Numbered from the whole stretch's first letter, positions 22,151 to 35,297 are shown. The stretch: 63,188 nucleotides of DNA, filler included, from Octopus bimaculoides (GCF_001194135.2; 3 parts of 3 records of this genome joined end to end with filler, not necessarily neighbours in it); one strand, 5' to 3'. Numbers and translations: made by a program. The notes: a model not told the origin generated them from the sequence alone.

Positions 22151-22844
22151 AGAAAACTGTCTGGTTTGCATCATTCTGTCTAGCCATTAATAGCGATGTG
22201 CTTCACATTAATATACCTTTATCATTAATGGATCCCCTTTAATCAAATGTATGAATATCTATATACCTATGTAAATATATATGTAATTCAATCCTCTCTA
22301 TCTTATAGATAAACTTATGTCATCACTCAACATAATACTTCTATGGATGAGCAATTCTAATACCAGTATTGCAATGCCTATGCAAAATATTCTCCATTTT
22401 TTTCCTCTTAATCCTTTCTGTCGAAGTGTGTAGCCTTGAAATATAAAAGACTTTTCCATTCTTCCCGAGTGTTAAACTAATACATCTACTACACCTGTCT
22501 TTGTCTTTCATTTACTGTAAATTTCAACTGTGTGTGAGTGTTGTGAAAGGATTCCGACCCGACCCCACCCCCGCCCAAATGACTGAAGGTGGACTGTGTC
22601 ATTGTTATTAAGTAATGAACTATGAGTGATTGACAGTTCGGGTTGGTAGGCAGTTCACTGTGAGCCATGGCTGAGAGCATTGAGTCTCATGTAATATTAA
22701 TAGTAGTGTATCGTGTAAATACTTTCTCCTTCATTATATTATGTATCCAATACAAGGATATAAAAGTGGTGATGGGTTGTTTGAAGCTTGTGTTGGATCT
22801 TTAAAATATTTTTTGGTATGAAACCGATGAAAATATCATTTAAC

Positions 22845-23005
22845 ATGGAAAATTTATTGGCCTCCATGGTGCAGTTGCAACAGCAACAACAACAATAGCA
22901 GATACAGCAACAGCTACAACAACAGCAGCATCTACAATAGCAGCAGCATCTACAACAGCAACAACAACAAAACAAGCAGTTACTGGAATTAATGTGTCTG
23001 GCGTG
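22845..23005 (+). mobile_element. Poly-Gln start resembling a Gypsy gag N-terminus
   Basis: MENLLASMVQLQQQQQQ*QIQQQLQQQQHLQ*...QNKQLLELM; in-frame stops; no LTR identified. Confidence 0.3.
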
Positions 23006-23148
23006 TTTGAACATGATCCCGCTCGAAACATTTCATGTGTCACCCGCACAAGAGCCAGTCCATAAAAAGTTATACTGTAGAACAGAACCTAAAAAACGGT
23101 TCAACAGAAAAAATTGCGTAAATGGATTATCAGTGACAAAAAATATGA

Positions 23149-23459
23149 ATCATCATCATCATCATCATCATCATCGTTTAACGTCCGCTTTCCATGCTAG
23201 CATGGGTTGGACGATTTGACTGAGGACTGGTGCAACCGGATGGCTACACCAGGCTCCAATCTAATTTGGCAGAGTTTCTACAGCTGGATGCCCTTCCTAA
23301 CGCCAACCACTCAGAGAGTGTAGTGGATGCTTTTACGTGTCACCCGCACGAAGGCCAGTCAGGCGGTACTGGCAACGGCCACGCTCGAAATGGTGTCTTT
23401 TATGTGCCACCCACACAGAAGCCAGTCCAGGGGCACTGGCAACGATCTCGCTCGAAAAC
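23149..23459 (-). mobile_element. RTE-related SINE (same family as 8119-9312), cut by linker
   Basis: (cat)n gtttaacgtccgctttccatgctagcatggg...ctggatgcccttcctaacgccaacc; a detached repeat-unit fragment sits at about 23015-23062. Confidence 0.9.
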
Positions 23460-23559
23460 NNNNNNNNNNNNNNNNNNNNNNNNNNNNNNNNNNNNNNNNN
23501 NNNTTAATTAATTAANNNNNNNNNNNNNNNNNNNNNNNNNNNNNNNNNNNNNNNNNNNN
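23460..23559. other. Artificial assembly linker N44-TTAATTAATTAA-N44
   Basis: Exactly 100 nt, with stop codons in all six frames; identical structure at 48157-48256. Confidence 0.9.
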
Positions 23560-23568
23560 TATATATAT

Positions 23569-23720
23569 AGGCGTGGTTGTGTGGCAAGAGGTTTGCTTTC
23601 CCAACCACGTGTTTCCTGGTTCAATCTCCTTACGGGGCAACTAGGGGCTTGTATCTTCTACTACAGCCTCCCTCGGACCGACCAAAGCCCTGTGAGTGGA
23701 CTTCGGTGGAAACTGTCATG
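23569..23720 (+). mobile_element. tRNA/CORE-like SINE head, diverged
   Basis: aggcgtggttgtgtggcaagagg...ggttcaatc...accaaagccctgtgagtggac. Confidence 0.75.
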
Positions 23721-24239
23721 TATATATAAATACATACGTGTGCATCGATGAACCATTGCATGTGTGTATATAACAATGGTAAAGAGTGTGTGAGCGTGGG
23801 ATTTTCTATGTGTGTGGCTGGCTAAGTGTATCGAGGAGAAAGTGTATGTACGCGTATGTCTATATATGTGTGCTTATATATGTCTGTATATGTGTGTGGG
23901 TATAAGTGACCGTATGTATGAGTGTATGACTACGTATGTATTCGATGTGTGTGTTCATGTGTTGTGTGTGTTTGTCGCTAAGTGTATGTTTGTATGTGTG
24001 CGTGCGTGTGCTTTTTGTCTCAGTTTAGCCCAGATGTAAGGAAACTGTTATCGAGTCCGTTCCATCCATGACCAGCTCATCTGTCTTCAAAGATCCTATT
24101 AGCCGTAGACAGAGGAGTGTGATTTGAGGAGGTTTTGACTGCTATTTCTTGCATGTAGAACGAGTAACTGGTTAGAGAATCACTCGTTATGCATTTCACG
24201 TATATGTATGGGCGTGTGTGCGTCTGCGTGTTAGATACG

Positions 24240-24849
24240 TGTGTGTGTAAGTGTGTGCGTTTGTGTGACTGGTCGGATTTGAGAGCTACCGAAAGTGTAT
24301 GTGTGTGCTTGTGTTTGTGTGTGTGTGTGTGTGTGTGCTTGTGTGTGTGTGTGTGTGTGTGTGAAAGAGAGTATGCGTGTGTGCGTGTGTGCGTGTGTGC
24401 GTGTGTCTGTGTGTAGGGGTGGATTGCGCGTGTTTGTACTGGGGTGCGTGTGTGTGTGTATGCGTGTGTGTGTGTATGCGTGTGCGTGTCAGTGTGCGTG
24501 TGTGTGTATGCTTGTGTGTGTGTGTGTGTGCACGTAAGTGTATATGTGTGTGTTTGTGTATATGTGGGTATGCATGTGTATGGAAGGGGCTGTGCGTGTG
24601 TGTGTGTGTGTGTGTGTTTGTGTGTGAGTATGCATGTGTGCGTGTGTTTGTGTGCGTGTGTTTGTATCTGTGTGTGTATGTGCATCTGGGTGTGTGTTTG
24701 CATGAGTGTGTGTGTGTGTTTGTATGTGTTTATTTGTAAGTATGTTTTTTTTATATTTGTAATTGCAGAGATGTAAATGCGTGTATCTATCTGCGCGTTT
24801 ATATATATATATATATATATAGTATGTGTGTGTGTGTGTGTGTGTGTGT
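24240..24849. repeat. Degenerate (TG)n field
   Basis: Direct reading. Confidence 0.9.
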
Positions 24850-25714
24850 NNNNNNNNNNNNNNNNNNNNNNNNNNNNNNNNNNNNNNNNNNNNNNNNNNN
24901 NNNNNNNNNNNNNNNNNNNNNNNNNNNNNNNNNNNNNNNNNNNNNNNNNNNNNNNNNNNNNNNNNNNNNNNNNNNNNNNNNNNNNNNNNNNNNNNNNNNN
25001 NNNNNNNNNNNNNNNNNNNNNNNNNNNNNNNNNNNNNNNNNNNNNNNNNNNNNNNNNNNNNNNNNNNNNNNNNNNNNNNNNNNNNNNNNNNNNNNNNNNN
25101 NNNNNNNNNNNNNNNNNNNNNNNNNNNNNNNNNNNNNNNNNNNNNNNNNNNNNNNNNNNNNNNNNNNNNNNNNNNNNNNNNNNNNNNNNNNNNNNNNNNN
25201 NNNNNNNNNNNNNNNNNNNNNNNNNNNNNNNNNNNNNNNNNNNNNNNNNNNNNNNNNNNNNNNNNNNNNNNNNNNNNNNNNNNNNNNNNNNNNNNNNNNN
25301 NNNNNNNNNNNNNNNNNNNNNNNNNNNNNNNNNNNNNNNNNNNNNNNNNNNNNNNNNNNNNNNNNNNNNNNNNNNNNNNNNNNNNNNNNNNNNNNNNNNN
25401 NNNNNNNNNNNNNNNNNNNNNNNNNNNNNNNNNNNNNNNNNNNNNNNNNNNNNNNNNNNNNNNNNNNNNNNNNNNNNNNNNNNNNNNNNNNNNNNNNNNN
25501 NNNNNNNNNNNNNNNNNNNNNNNNNNNNNNNNNNNNNNNNNNNNNNNNNNNNNNNNNNNNNNNNNNNNNNNNNNNNNNNNNNNNNNNNNNNNNNNNNNNN
25601 NNNNNNNNNNNNNNNNNNNNNNNNNNNNNNNNNNNNNNNNNNNNNNNNNNNNNNNNNNNNNNNNNNNNNNNNNNNNNNNNNNNNNNNNNNNNNNNNNNNN
25701 ATATATATATATAT

Positions 25715-25873
25715 ACGATGGTCTTCTTTCAGTTTCTGTCTACCAACTCCACTCACAAGGCTTTGGTCGGTCCGAGACTATAGTAGAAGACACTTGCCAA
25801 AGGTGTCACGCAGTGAGATTGAACACGGAACCATGTGGTCGAGAAACAAGCTTCTTATTACACAGCCACTCCT
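25715..25873 (-). mobile_element. tRNA/CORE-like SINE head
   Basis: acgatggtcttctttcagtttc...gaagacacttgccaaaggtgtcacgcagtg...accatgtgg...cacagccactcct. Confidence 0.85.
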
Positions 25874-26383
25874 AGAGAGAGAGACAGAGAGAGAGAGAGA
25901 GACAAGGAAAGAAAGAAGGAAAGTAAGAAAGAAAGAAAGAAAGAAAGAGAAGGACTTATATATATATAGGTATACAGGAAGAAAACCTGTATACCTACAG
26001 ACAGACAGTCTTACAGCTAGACGAAGTAACAATTAAGAAAGCATTGAAGACGAGAATGTGAAAACTAGTCAGAAACTCGAGCGCATGCACACACATGCAC
26101 ACACTCTCTCTCTCTCTCTCTCTCTCTCTGACAAACTGACATATACACACACACACACGACACTACAGGCACACATGCACATTTCTTAAATTACATTAAG
26201 TAGTATTTTCGTGGAACACATATGATACGAAGGGAATACAGTAACGTTACGTTTATTTTCTGTCTATTTGCCAGAAGAAAACCTCTTGAAGTAAAAGTAT
26301 TCTCCGCCGAGCGATATATTACCAAGTATCATATTTACATTCACCTTTTGTGTAAGAAAGAGCAGCCCAAACTGTAAGTGTTT

Positions 26384-27175
26384 GCAGGTCACTCAACATC
26401 ACTTTTCAACGCTGATGAATGCACGACGCTGTTCGAAACCTCTCCGTAATCGGCAGAAAAATTAATACGTTCATATTAATAAAAATAGTTGTATAATGAT
26501 ATGAATTTTAAATTACTTTATCATTATTACCTTGTATTTCTTTGTAGTATTACTTTAACGTTATTACTTTACGCATGCTCAAGCGTACATAAAAATATAT
26601 CTGTTATACAATCGAAACTTCTTTTCTTCGCTGATGAATGTACGACACTGTTTGAAACCTTTCGGTGCTAGATATGAAATTAATGCTCATATTGACGTAA
26701 TGCTCATATTGACGTTAGTGTTCGAGTAAGGTGGCAAGCTGGGCGAATCGTTAGCCGAGCAAAAGGCTCAGCGGCTTTTCGGCCATCTTTATGTTCTGAG
26801 ATCAAATTTCGCCGAGGTGGGCTTTGCTTTTCGCAAAATAAGAACGAGTTTATCCCTGGGGGTCGATGTAATCGACTTCCTCGTCCCTCGAAATTACTGG
26901 CGTTGTGCCAAAATTTGTAACCGATGTTAGTATTTGTATAACCACATGTATTTTCCATGGATATCCTTATTAGGTTACGTTTATATCGTTGCTTTGCTTT
27001 ATATCTGCAGGTCACTCCACATCACTTTTCAACGCTGATGAATGTTCAACGCTGTTCGAAACCTCTCCGAAATCGGCAGAAAAATTAATAAGTTCATATG
27101 AATAAAAATAGTTGTATAATGATATGTATTTTATATTACTTTACCATTATTACTTTGTATTTCTTTGTAATATTA
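26384..27175 (+). repeat. Direct duplication of about 170 bp (26384-26555, 27007-27175) plus a third partial copy (about 26620-26665)
   Basis: gcaggtcactc.acatcacttttcaacgctgatgaatg...gttcgaaacctctccg.aatcggcagaaaaattaata shared with few mismatches. Confidence 0.85.
26729..26922 (+). mobile_element. Meta/MESC-like tRNA SINE, diverged
   Basis: aggtggcaagctgggcgaatcgttagc...gttctgagatcaaatttcgccgagg...ggggtcgatgtaatcgac...aaaattt. Confidence 0.8.
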
Positions 27176-27344
27176 CCGGCTGAGTATTCCACAGATACGT
27201 GAATATTCGCTTAACGTAATTCTATGGCTCAATCAACATGACGAATTTTTGCTGCAAAGCTTTATCTCTGGAATTAACAGCATAATCCACCCGATAGCCC
27301 AGAACCGGGTCAACCAATACCCTGTTAGGGAATTTGGTACATGG

Positions 27345-27595
27345 AAACCGTCAAAAACATATATGTGCGTGCGTGTCTGTGTGTCTTTTTATGTATGCTT
27401 GTCCCCCACCAACGCTTGACAACCGGTGTTGGTTTGTTTACGCTTCAGTCACTTAGTAGTTCAGTAAAAGAGATGGAAAAAGTAAGTACCGGACTTTAAA
27501 ATAAATACTCGGATCGATGAGCTCGATGAAAACCCTTCAAGGCTGTGCCCCACATGGCTGCAGTCCAAAGACTGAAATATGTAAAAGAGAAGGGA
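27345..27595 (+). mobile_element. 3' extension of composite SINE
   Basis: ttgtcccccaccaacgcttgacaaccggtgttgg...catggctgcagtcc..gactgaaa. Confidence 0.7.
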
Positions 27596-28635
27596 TATAA
27601 GATAGAAGGGAGATAATTTCAAACAGTTTTTGGTTCTATTCTGATCTCTTCAACAACGAAACGTTTTTGACTTAAATTTGTGACAGACACTCCGTGAGGC
27701 TCAAAGAATGTCCTGGAATCTGCGTGAGTGAATGAATCAATGAATGTATGAATGAGTTTGTGAATGAGTCTTTGCGATATCAAGAAGGGGAATGACTAAC
27801 TGATAGAATGAGTAACTGAGAATTTCGGAGAAAATTGAGTGGGTGAGAGAATGAGTAAATCATTGAGTGAGTGTATGATGAAGAGGGGGGGGGGAGGTAT
27901 CGTGGTCTAGTGGTGGGGGTGCGGAATTGGCAAGTAAATGAATTAATGACTGCCGAATGAGCAGAAAGAGACCGATCGAAGTGTCAGAAAAAATAAATAC
28001 GAAATGAAGAAAAGACGGAAAGAATGGAGAGGGAGAAAAATAGAAAGAAAAAAAAGGAAAAAATTGCGAAAGAATGAAAAGAGAAGGAAGAAAGGGACGT
28101 GGAAATAAAGGAAATAAGCAAAAGGGAAGAACTAAAAAAAAAAAAATGAATGAGATAAGAGGTGGGGCGGTGTAGGATCGATCCCGAAATAGCCGTCTGT
28201 TGCCTGTGAGGCTGACGTCAACGAAGTAATTATAGCCTTGTATAATGAACAACGCTAACGAACAGAAGAAGGGGTGGATAACCTTGCTCTAGATGAGAAA
28301 AATCACCGACTTAAACACACACACACACAAATACATACATAAATGTATCGATGCATGCATACATAGATTACAGCTTTGTGTGTAAATACACGCATATACA
28401 CCACTATATGTGTGTGTATTTGTGTGTGTGTGTACGTGTGTGTATGTACATATATATATACACATATATACACACAGACACACATATATATGTTTAGATA
28501 TATATATATGTGTGTGTGTGCACATAAAAATATTTGCACGAAGATTCGCAAACATTGGATCTACATACGTTCGTATCCGCACATACACGTACAGGCGCAT
28601 ATGTATGTATATATGTATATATATATATATGTATG

Positions 28636-28676
<41 letters not shown>

Positions 28677-29136
28677 NNNNNNNNNNNNNNNNNNNNNNNN
28701 NNNNNNNNNNNNNNNNNNNNNNNNNNNNNNNNNNNNNNNNNNNNNNNNNNNNNNNNNNNNNNNNNNNNNNNNNNNNNNNNNNNNNNNNNNNNNNNNNNNN
28801 NNNNNNNNNNNNNNNNNNNNNNNNNNNNNNNNNNNNNNNNNNNNNNNNNNNNNNNNNNNNNNNNNNNNNNNNNNNNNNNNNNNNNNNNNNNNNNNNNNNN
28901 NNNNNNNNNNNNNNNNTGAAACGATTCGTACCCAATTAACTAAAGGCTTGTTTTGTTTGTGCTTTTCCCTCCGGTTTTTTGTTCTATGTGTGCCATAAAT
29001 ATCGCCATCCATTTTAGAGAAAAATTTGTAGTTTAGAATCAGTAGTTCTTTGACTGCTGTTTCTGAATTTTCAGTATGTTGGAGAAGCAACTCAATTGCT
29101 AATCCCTTATATTTATGATGATACATACATATGTAT

Positions 29137-29191
<55 letters not shown>

Positions 29192-29822
29192 CATGCATAC
29201 ATACATACATCTATGCATCTATCTGTCTGTTTGCCTCCCTAACTAACTCTTTATCTATCTCTCAGTCTACCTACCTCTGTATCAATCTATCAAATCTACC
29301 TACCTCTATATATCTCCATAACGATCTGTTCATAGTTCGATCAAGACATCTGTGTATTTATGTATATATATATATATATATATATNNNNNNNNNNNNNNN
29401 NNNNNNNNNNNNNNNNNNNNNNNNNNNNNNNNNNNNNNNNNNNNNNNNNNNNNNNNNNNNNNNNNNNNNNNNNNNNNNNNNNNNNNNNNNNNNNNNNNNN
29501 NNNNNNNNNNNNNNNNNNNNNNNNNNNNNNNNNNNNNNNNNNNNNNNNNNNNNNNNNNNNNNNNNNNNNNNNNNNNNNNNNNNNNNNNNNNNNNNNNNNN
29601 NNNNNNNNNNNNNNNNNNNNNNNNNNNNNNNNNNNNNNNNNNNNNNNNNNNNNNNNNNNNNNNNNNNNNNNNNNNNNNNNNNNNNNNNNNNNNNNNNNNN
29701 NNNNNNNNNNNNNNNNNNNNNNNNNNNNNNNNNNNNNNNNNNNNNNNNNNNNNNNNNNNNNNNNNNNNNNNNNNNNNNNNNNNNNNNNNNNNNNNNNNNN
29801 NNNNNNNNNTAACCAATTAGAC

Positions 29823-29945
29823 CCTCTGATGAAGCCTAGAGACAAACGCATCATCTAGACTGTATCTGCCCATCTCTACAGATAACTGAAAAGATGGAGA
29901 TGGCATGAAGGATATCGTTGCTTCTTGGCAGAAACGGCCGTAAGG
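29823..29945 (+). ncRNA. Type I hammerhead ribozyme-like motif with intact core and long stem II insert
   Basis: CCT CTGATGA [98 nt: AGCCTAGAG...TTCTTGGCA] GAAAC GGCC GTA AGG. Confidence 0.6.
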
Positions 29946-30489
29946 AAATGATCTTTTTCTCTATGCATGTGTATGTTTTCTAATGCTTTGGAATAAATAG
30001 ACACACTGGAGTGTCTACCGGATGATGTATGCAGTTTTGTATCCTTTCCATTTTCTTATTAGCTATATATATATATATATATATATATATGCCTCTCTGT
30101 CTGGTTGTCTGTCATTCAACTTCTCTCACTTTGCTCACGCCATTTTAGTTCTGCTTCTCAGACTACTCCCTAGATATTCGCTTTCTTCAGAAGCACATGT
30201 AGACCTCTATATTTCCATACACACATACACACTCATACACACACACATATATCTGTACGTTTTCACAAACATATATACAACTTCAGTATCTCTCCTCTCT
30301 CTCATACACACTCACACGCATTAACTAGACACACAGGCATGCATGTGTACGTTTACATAAACACACATTAAACCCAAGTATATCTCACACACACACACAC
30401 GAACTCAAATCAATTAAGCTGCCATAATCAACGATTCATTAATTAATAGGATCCCATAATTTTCACATATTTCATTTTATTCGATGAAA

Positions 30490-30730
30490 TATCTGTCACA
30501 CCACCACCATCACAGCACCCCACCGACAACACCCCAACCCCACCACCAATGCTACTGCCACCACCAACACCATTACAATCACCATCATCATCACCACCAT
30601 CACCACTACTACCACCACCACCACCACCACCGCTACCATCACCCCCACCAGTGCCACTACTACCACTATCATCACCACCACCACAATCACCACCACCACC
30701 ACCACCATCATCACCAACGCCACCACCACT
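30490..30730. repeat. Degenerate (CAC/CAT)n trinucleotide field
   Basis: Direct reading; source of spurious poly-His/Pro ORFs. Confidence 0.9.
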
Positions 30731-30868
30731 TACATTAAACACGACCATCAAAGCCTCCACATCACAAGTCGATCACTCACATGACGCAACTGAACTACAT
30801 ACGCGCATATTTTAAAGTACACACATACCTATATACATACATACGCACGCACGCACATATGGGGGCGC

Positions 30869-30901
<33 letters not shown>

Positions 30902-30947
30902 ATACATATATATAGATATATATATACACACACAAATATATATATAT

Positions 30948-30980
<33 letters not shown>

Positions 30981-31454
30981 CACATAAACACAGCACAACC
31001 ATACGAACAAGAGTACATACGCAAAACGTATTTGTATGCTTTACGTGTATGCGCGTATGTGCTTNNNNNNNNNNNNNNNNNNNNNNNNNNNNNNNNNNNN
31101 NNNNNNNNNNNNNNNNNNNNNNNNNNNNNNNNNNNNNNNNNNNNNNNNNNNNNNNNNNNNNNNNNNNNNNNNNNNNNNNNNNNNNNNNNNNNNNNNNNNN
31201 NNNNNNNNNNNNNNNNNNNNNNNNNNNNNNNNNNNNNNNNNNNNNNNNNNNNNNNNNNNNNNNNNNNNNNNNNNNNNNNNNNNNNNNNNNNNNNNNNNNN
31301 NNNNNNNNNNNNNNNNNNNNNNNNNNNNNNNNNNNNNNNNNNNNNNNNNNNNNNNNNNNATATATATACACACATACACACACTGATATATGTATGTATA
31401 CATATATATATGTTTGTATGTGTGCGTGTATGTCTGTGTGCCCGTGTATGTGCT

Positions 31455-31499
<45 letters not shown>

Positions 31500-31559
31500 A
31501 TGTGTGCGTCCATATATTTTATATATTTATCCATATAATTACTATTACGGGTGTTGAGT

Positions 31560-31680
31560 TACGCCCACTTCACGTTCTGAGTTCAAATTATTAGACCGAG
31601 CGCAAGTTTACCTTTCATCTTTCAGGGATCGACAAAATGGAATACCAGTTACGTTGTTGGGTCGGGTTTATCGACACCTC
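31560..31680 (+). mobile_element. Meta/MESC-like SINE, partial
   Basis: acgttctgagttcaaatt...tttacctttcatctttcagggatcgacaaaat..taccag. Confidence 0.65.
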
Positions 31681-32394
31681 ACTTTACAAGTTCTAAAACA
31701 CTTACCTGCCTTACCCTCCATCCCCACCCTCTCCTCACTCACCACCACCACCACAATGGACACGGGGTGACCCTTGTTTTCAGCGTCCTATATTCACAAC
31801 CACCTTCTCCAATATTCAACCTCAACCCTTAAACTCTTTGCTACTTTAAGGCAAGCAGAGAACTTATCCATGTTGCTCTAAGCCCAGCCCAAGTATAAAT
31901 TCATAATTAAGCAAACAGTAAACGTGGTGTCACTGCCCCAAGAGGTGCCTGCCTTGCCCTTTCAGCACCCTTATCTAAGAACAATGTTTGCATAGCACTC
32001 TAAACCTCTTTTTCTAGAGTAATTTGTCTCAAAACTTATGTCAGTAATGATTGTTTATATAGCACCCAAAACGTCATTGTCAGATTTAGATGTTCCTAAG
32101 CTCCCTAGAAACTAGTGCGTAGCTCCCTAAATACCGTCGTTCAGATTGAATGTTTGTCAGGCTCCCCAACAGTCACTTTGTATAACTCACAGAAGCACAC
32201 ACACACACATAGACAGGCACGAAATTGCGTAGACTCACGGGTCGTTAACTGATGATGAGTTGAGGGCCTTCGGTATCTGTTTTCCGTTCGTCTGTGCATT
32301 TAATATATGTCTTTTTAACTTGCCATTCGGTGTCTGTTCTCCGTTCGTTTGTGCATTTCCTATACGGTTTTCAACTTGTGTCTGTGCGTACATT

Positions 32395-32599
32395 TCGTCT
32401 TTTAATTGTTACCGTCATTAGTCTTCGGCCATGCGGGGAGTCACCACCTTGAAGAATTTTATTCGAACAAAATGACCCTGCTAAATTTTTTTTTGGGGGG
32501 GGGGCAGTACTTATTTACGATGATGCCAACTCACTAACACCGGTTGTAAAGTGATAGGAAGGGGACAAACACACACACACGCACATACATGCATATATC

Positions 32600-32640
<41 letters not shown>

Positions 32641-32797
32641 ACGGGATTCTTTCAGTTTCTGTCTACCAAATTAATTTTCAAGGCTTTAATCGACCAGAAG
32701 CAATAGTTGAAGACAGTTGCCCAAAGTGTCACCCTGTGGGTCTGAACCCAGAACCATACGATTGGGAAGCAAAGTACATAGCGCACAAACTCAGCCT
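32395..32797 (-). mobile_element. Composite tRNA/CORE-like SINE
   Basis: gtcattagtcttcggccatg...CA/TA hinge...gacgggattctttcagtttc...ttgcccaaagtgtcaccctgtggg. Confidence 0.8.
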
Positions 32798-32887
32798 ATA
32801 TATGTATAAATATGCGTGTGTGTATACATATATAGACATATATATTGTATTTAAATATGCATATATCTGTACATATATACATATATT

Positions 32888-32950
<63 letters not shown>

Positions 32951-33266
32951 GCATACATACATACATGCATACACATACACAAAAATACACACATACACAC
33001 ACGTATAATGACTTTTGGGGAAGTAAGCAAACGCCCATTTTAGATAGTTTCGTTTAGAGCTCGAACGAACGCCCAAAATACATACATGCATACATACATA
33101 TGTGTGTGTGTGTGTGTGTGGATTTATGTAGGCGTATATGCATAAATGCGCCCGCATATACTATAAACCGGCTATAATATCATATATGTGTGTTTGTTTG
33201 TGTGTGTGATTTAAATAGTCTTATTGACTTCTCTACAATATAATTGTCTCCCTTCTCAAATACACA

Positions 33267-33305
<39 letters not shown>

Positions 33306-33915
33306 ATATACATATTCACAATCACAGATCGAGACATTTGCTAAGCAACTACAAGTTACCGTAATCGCCTCCGATAAAAAATATTTAATAAAAATAAATA
33401 ATCGGAAAACAGACAAAAGATCAAAAAAGTTTTTTTAAATAAAGTGAAATAAAAAAAAAATTAAGTAAAATCACTTGACATAAATTATTTCTTTCATTAA
33501 ATTATTTCAAAATGTAATAAAAAATATAATCGCAAAATGGCGTCGCAAAGAAAAATCAAATTTCTCATTGCGGACATTGAACTAAATTTAATTTTTTTTG
33601 TCCTAATGAGATAAATATTAAAATTTGTTATTAAAAAATAAAAGGTTACTTTCTAATAATAAAAAATAAACTAATAAGAAGAATTAAAAAAATAAAAGTA
33701 AAAATTGATGGAGTTGAACTTAAATGTAATATTTTTATAGTGTGAAAAATATATGTCTAGTCGGTCTTTTAACATGGGAACGTGTAATTAGGGGGCGCTC
33801 CACAGAGCATTGAGTTGACACCGTATATGTAGTTGTGCAAGCATGTGTGTGGGGGGGTGTCCATATATTGATGTATAGGTAGATATATGCATGAATGTGT
33901 ATAAATATATGTGCA

Positions 33916-33970
<55 letters not shown>

Positions 33971-34025
33971 ATAAAGTGTGTGGTGTTCAGATCTGAGTTT
34001 ATAGATAGATAGATAGATACATACA

Positions 34026-34056
<31 letters not shown>

Positions 34057-34632
34057 GTATTGATACGGATAGGTAAATGCATCACGCTCTCTGTCTGTCC
34101 GTTTATCTGTCTATCTCTCTCTCTCTTTATATATNNNNNNNNNNNNNNNNNNNNNNNNNNNNNNNNNNNNNNNNNNNNNNNNNNNNNNNNNNNNNNNNNN
34201 NNNNNNNNNNNNNNNNNNNNNNNNNNNNNNNNNNNNNNNNNNNNNNNNNNNNNNNNNNNNNNNNNNNNNNNNNNNNNNNNNNNNNNNNNNNNNNNNNNNN
34301 NNNNNNNNNNNNNNNNNNNNNNNNNNNNNNNNNNNNNNNNNNNNNNNNNNNNNNNNNNNNNNNNNNNNNNNNNNNNNNNNNNNNNNNNNNNNNNNNNNNN
34401 NNNNNNNNNNNNNNNNNNNNNNNNNNNNNNNNNNNNNNNNNNNNNNNNNNNNNNNNNNNNNNNNNNNNNNNNNNNNNNNNNNNNNNNNNNNNNNNNNNNN
34501 NNNNTATATATATTATAAATATATGTATGTGTGTGTATATATATATATATATGTATATACATACATACGTATACACACACAATCACACACAGACACACAT
34601 GTATGTGAAAAAGAAAAACGGAGAGAGGGTGG

Positions 34633-34712
<80 letters not shown>

Positions 34713-35297
34713 AGAAAGAAAGAAACAAAGAAACAAAGAAACAAAGAAAGAAACAAAGAAACAAAGAAACAAAGAAAGAAAGAACGAAAGAAAGAAAGGA
34801 GGTTATAAGGGAGTAGCTAGGGTAAAGAAGATGTACAGGAGGGTTGCTACAGGGGGAAAAGTGAGATCTTTTTTTTTTAATTGGAAATCTCTAAGTTAAT
34901 GAATTTCACCAAGCTAGAGATATTAAGCAATAAAAAATAGCGAAAGAATGTGTGCATACATACACACATACACACATACATACATACATACATACATAAT
35001 CGCACACACACTTGCATATATATATATATACATATATATANNNNNNNNNNNNNNNNNNNNNNNNNNNNNNNNNNNNNNNNNNNNNNNNNNNNNNNNNNNN
35101 NNNNNNNNNNNNNNNNNNNNNNNNNNNNNNNNNNNNNNNNNNNNNNNNNNNNNNNNNNNNNNNNNNNNNNNNNNNNNNNNNNNNNNNNNNNNNNNNNNNN
35201 NNNNNNNNNNNNNNNNNNNNNNNNNNNNNNNNNNNNNNNNNNNNNNNNNNNNNNNNNNNNNNNNNNNNNNNNNNNNNNNNNNNNNNNNNNNNNNNNN

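Noticed and set aside
23504-23515. TTAATTAATTAA as a homeodomain site or piggyBac footprint
   Set aside because: Symmetric N44 flanks at both occurrences identify it as an assembly spacer.
28915-29120. Minus-strand stretch KYKGLAIELLLQHTENSETAVKELLILNYKFFSKMDGDIYG as an exon
   Set aside because: No convincing splice sites or recognisable homology; bounded by microsatellite and gap.
31950-32180. Faint 60-70-bp periodicity (agcaccc/gctcccta)
   Set aside because: Too degenerate to define a unit by eye.
33533-33542. YY1-like CAAAATGGCG
   Set aside because: Single motif in AT-rich DNA with no other promoter evidence.
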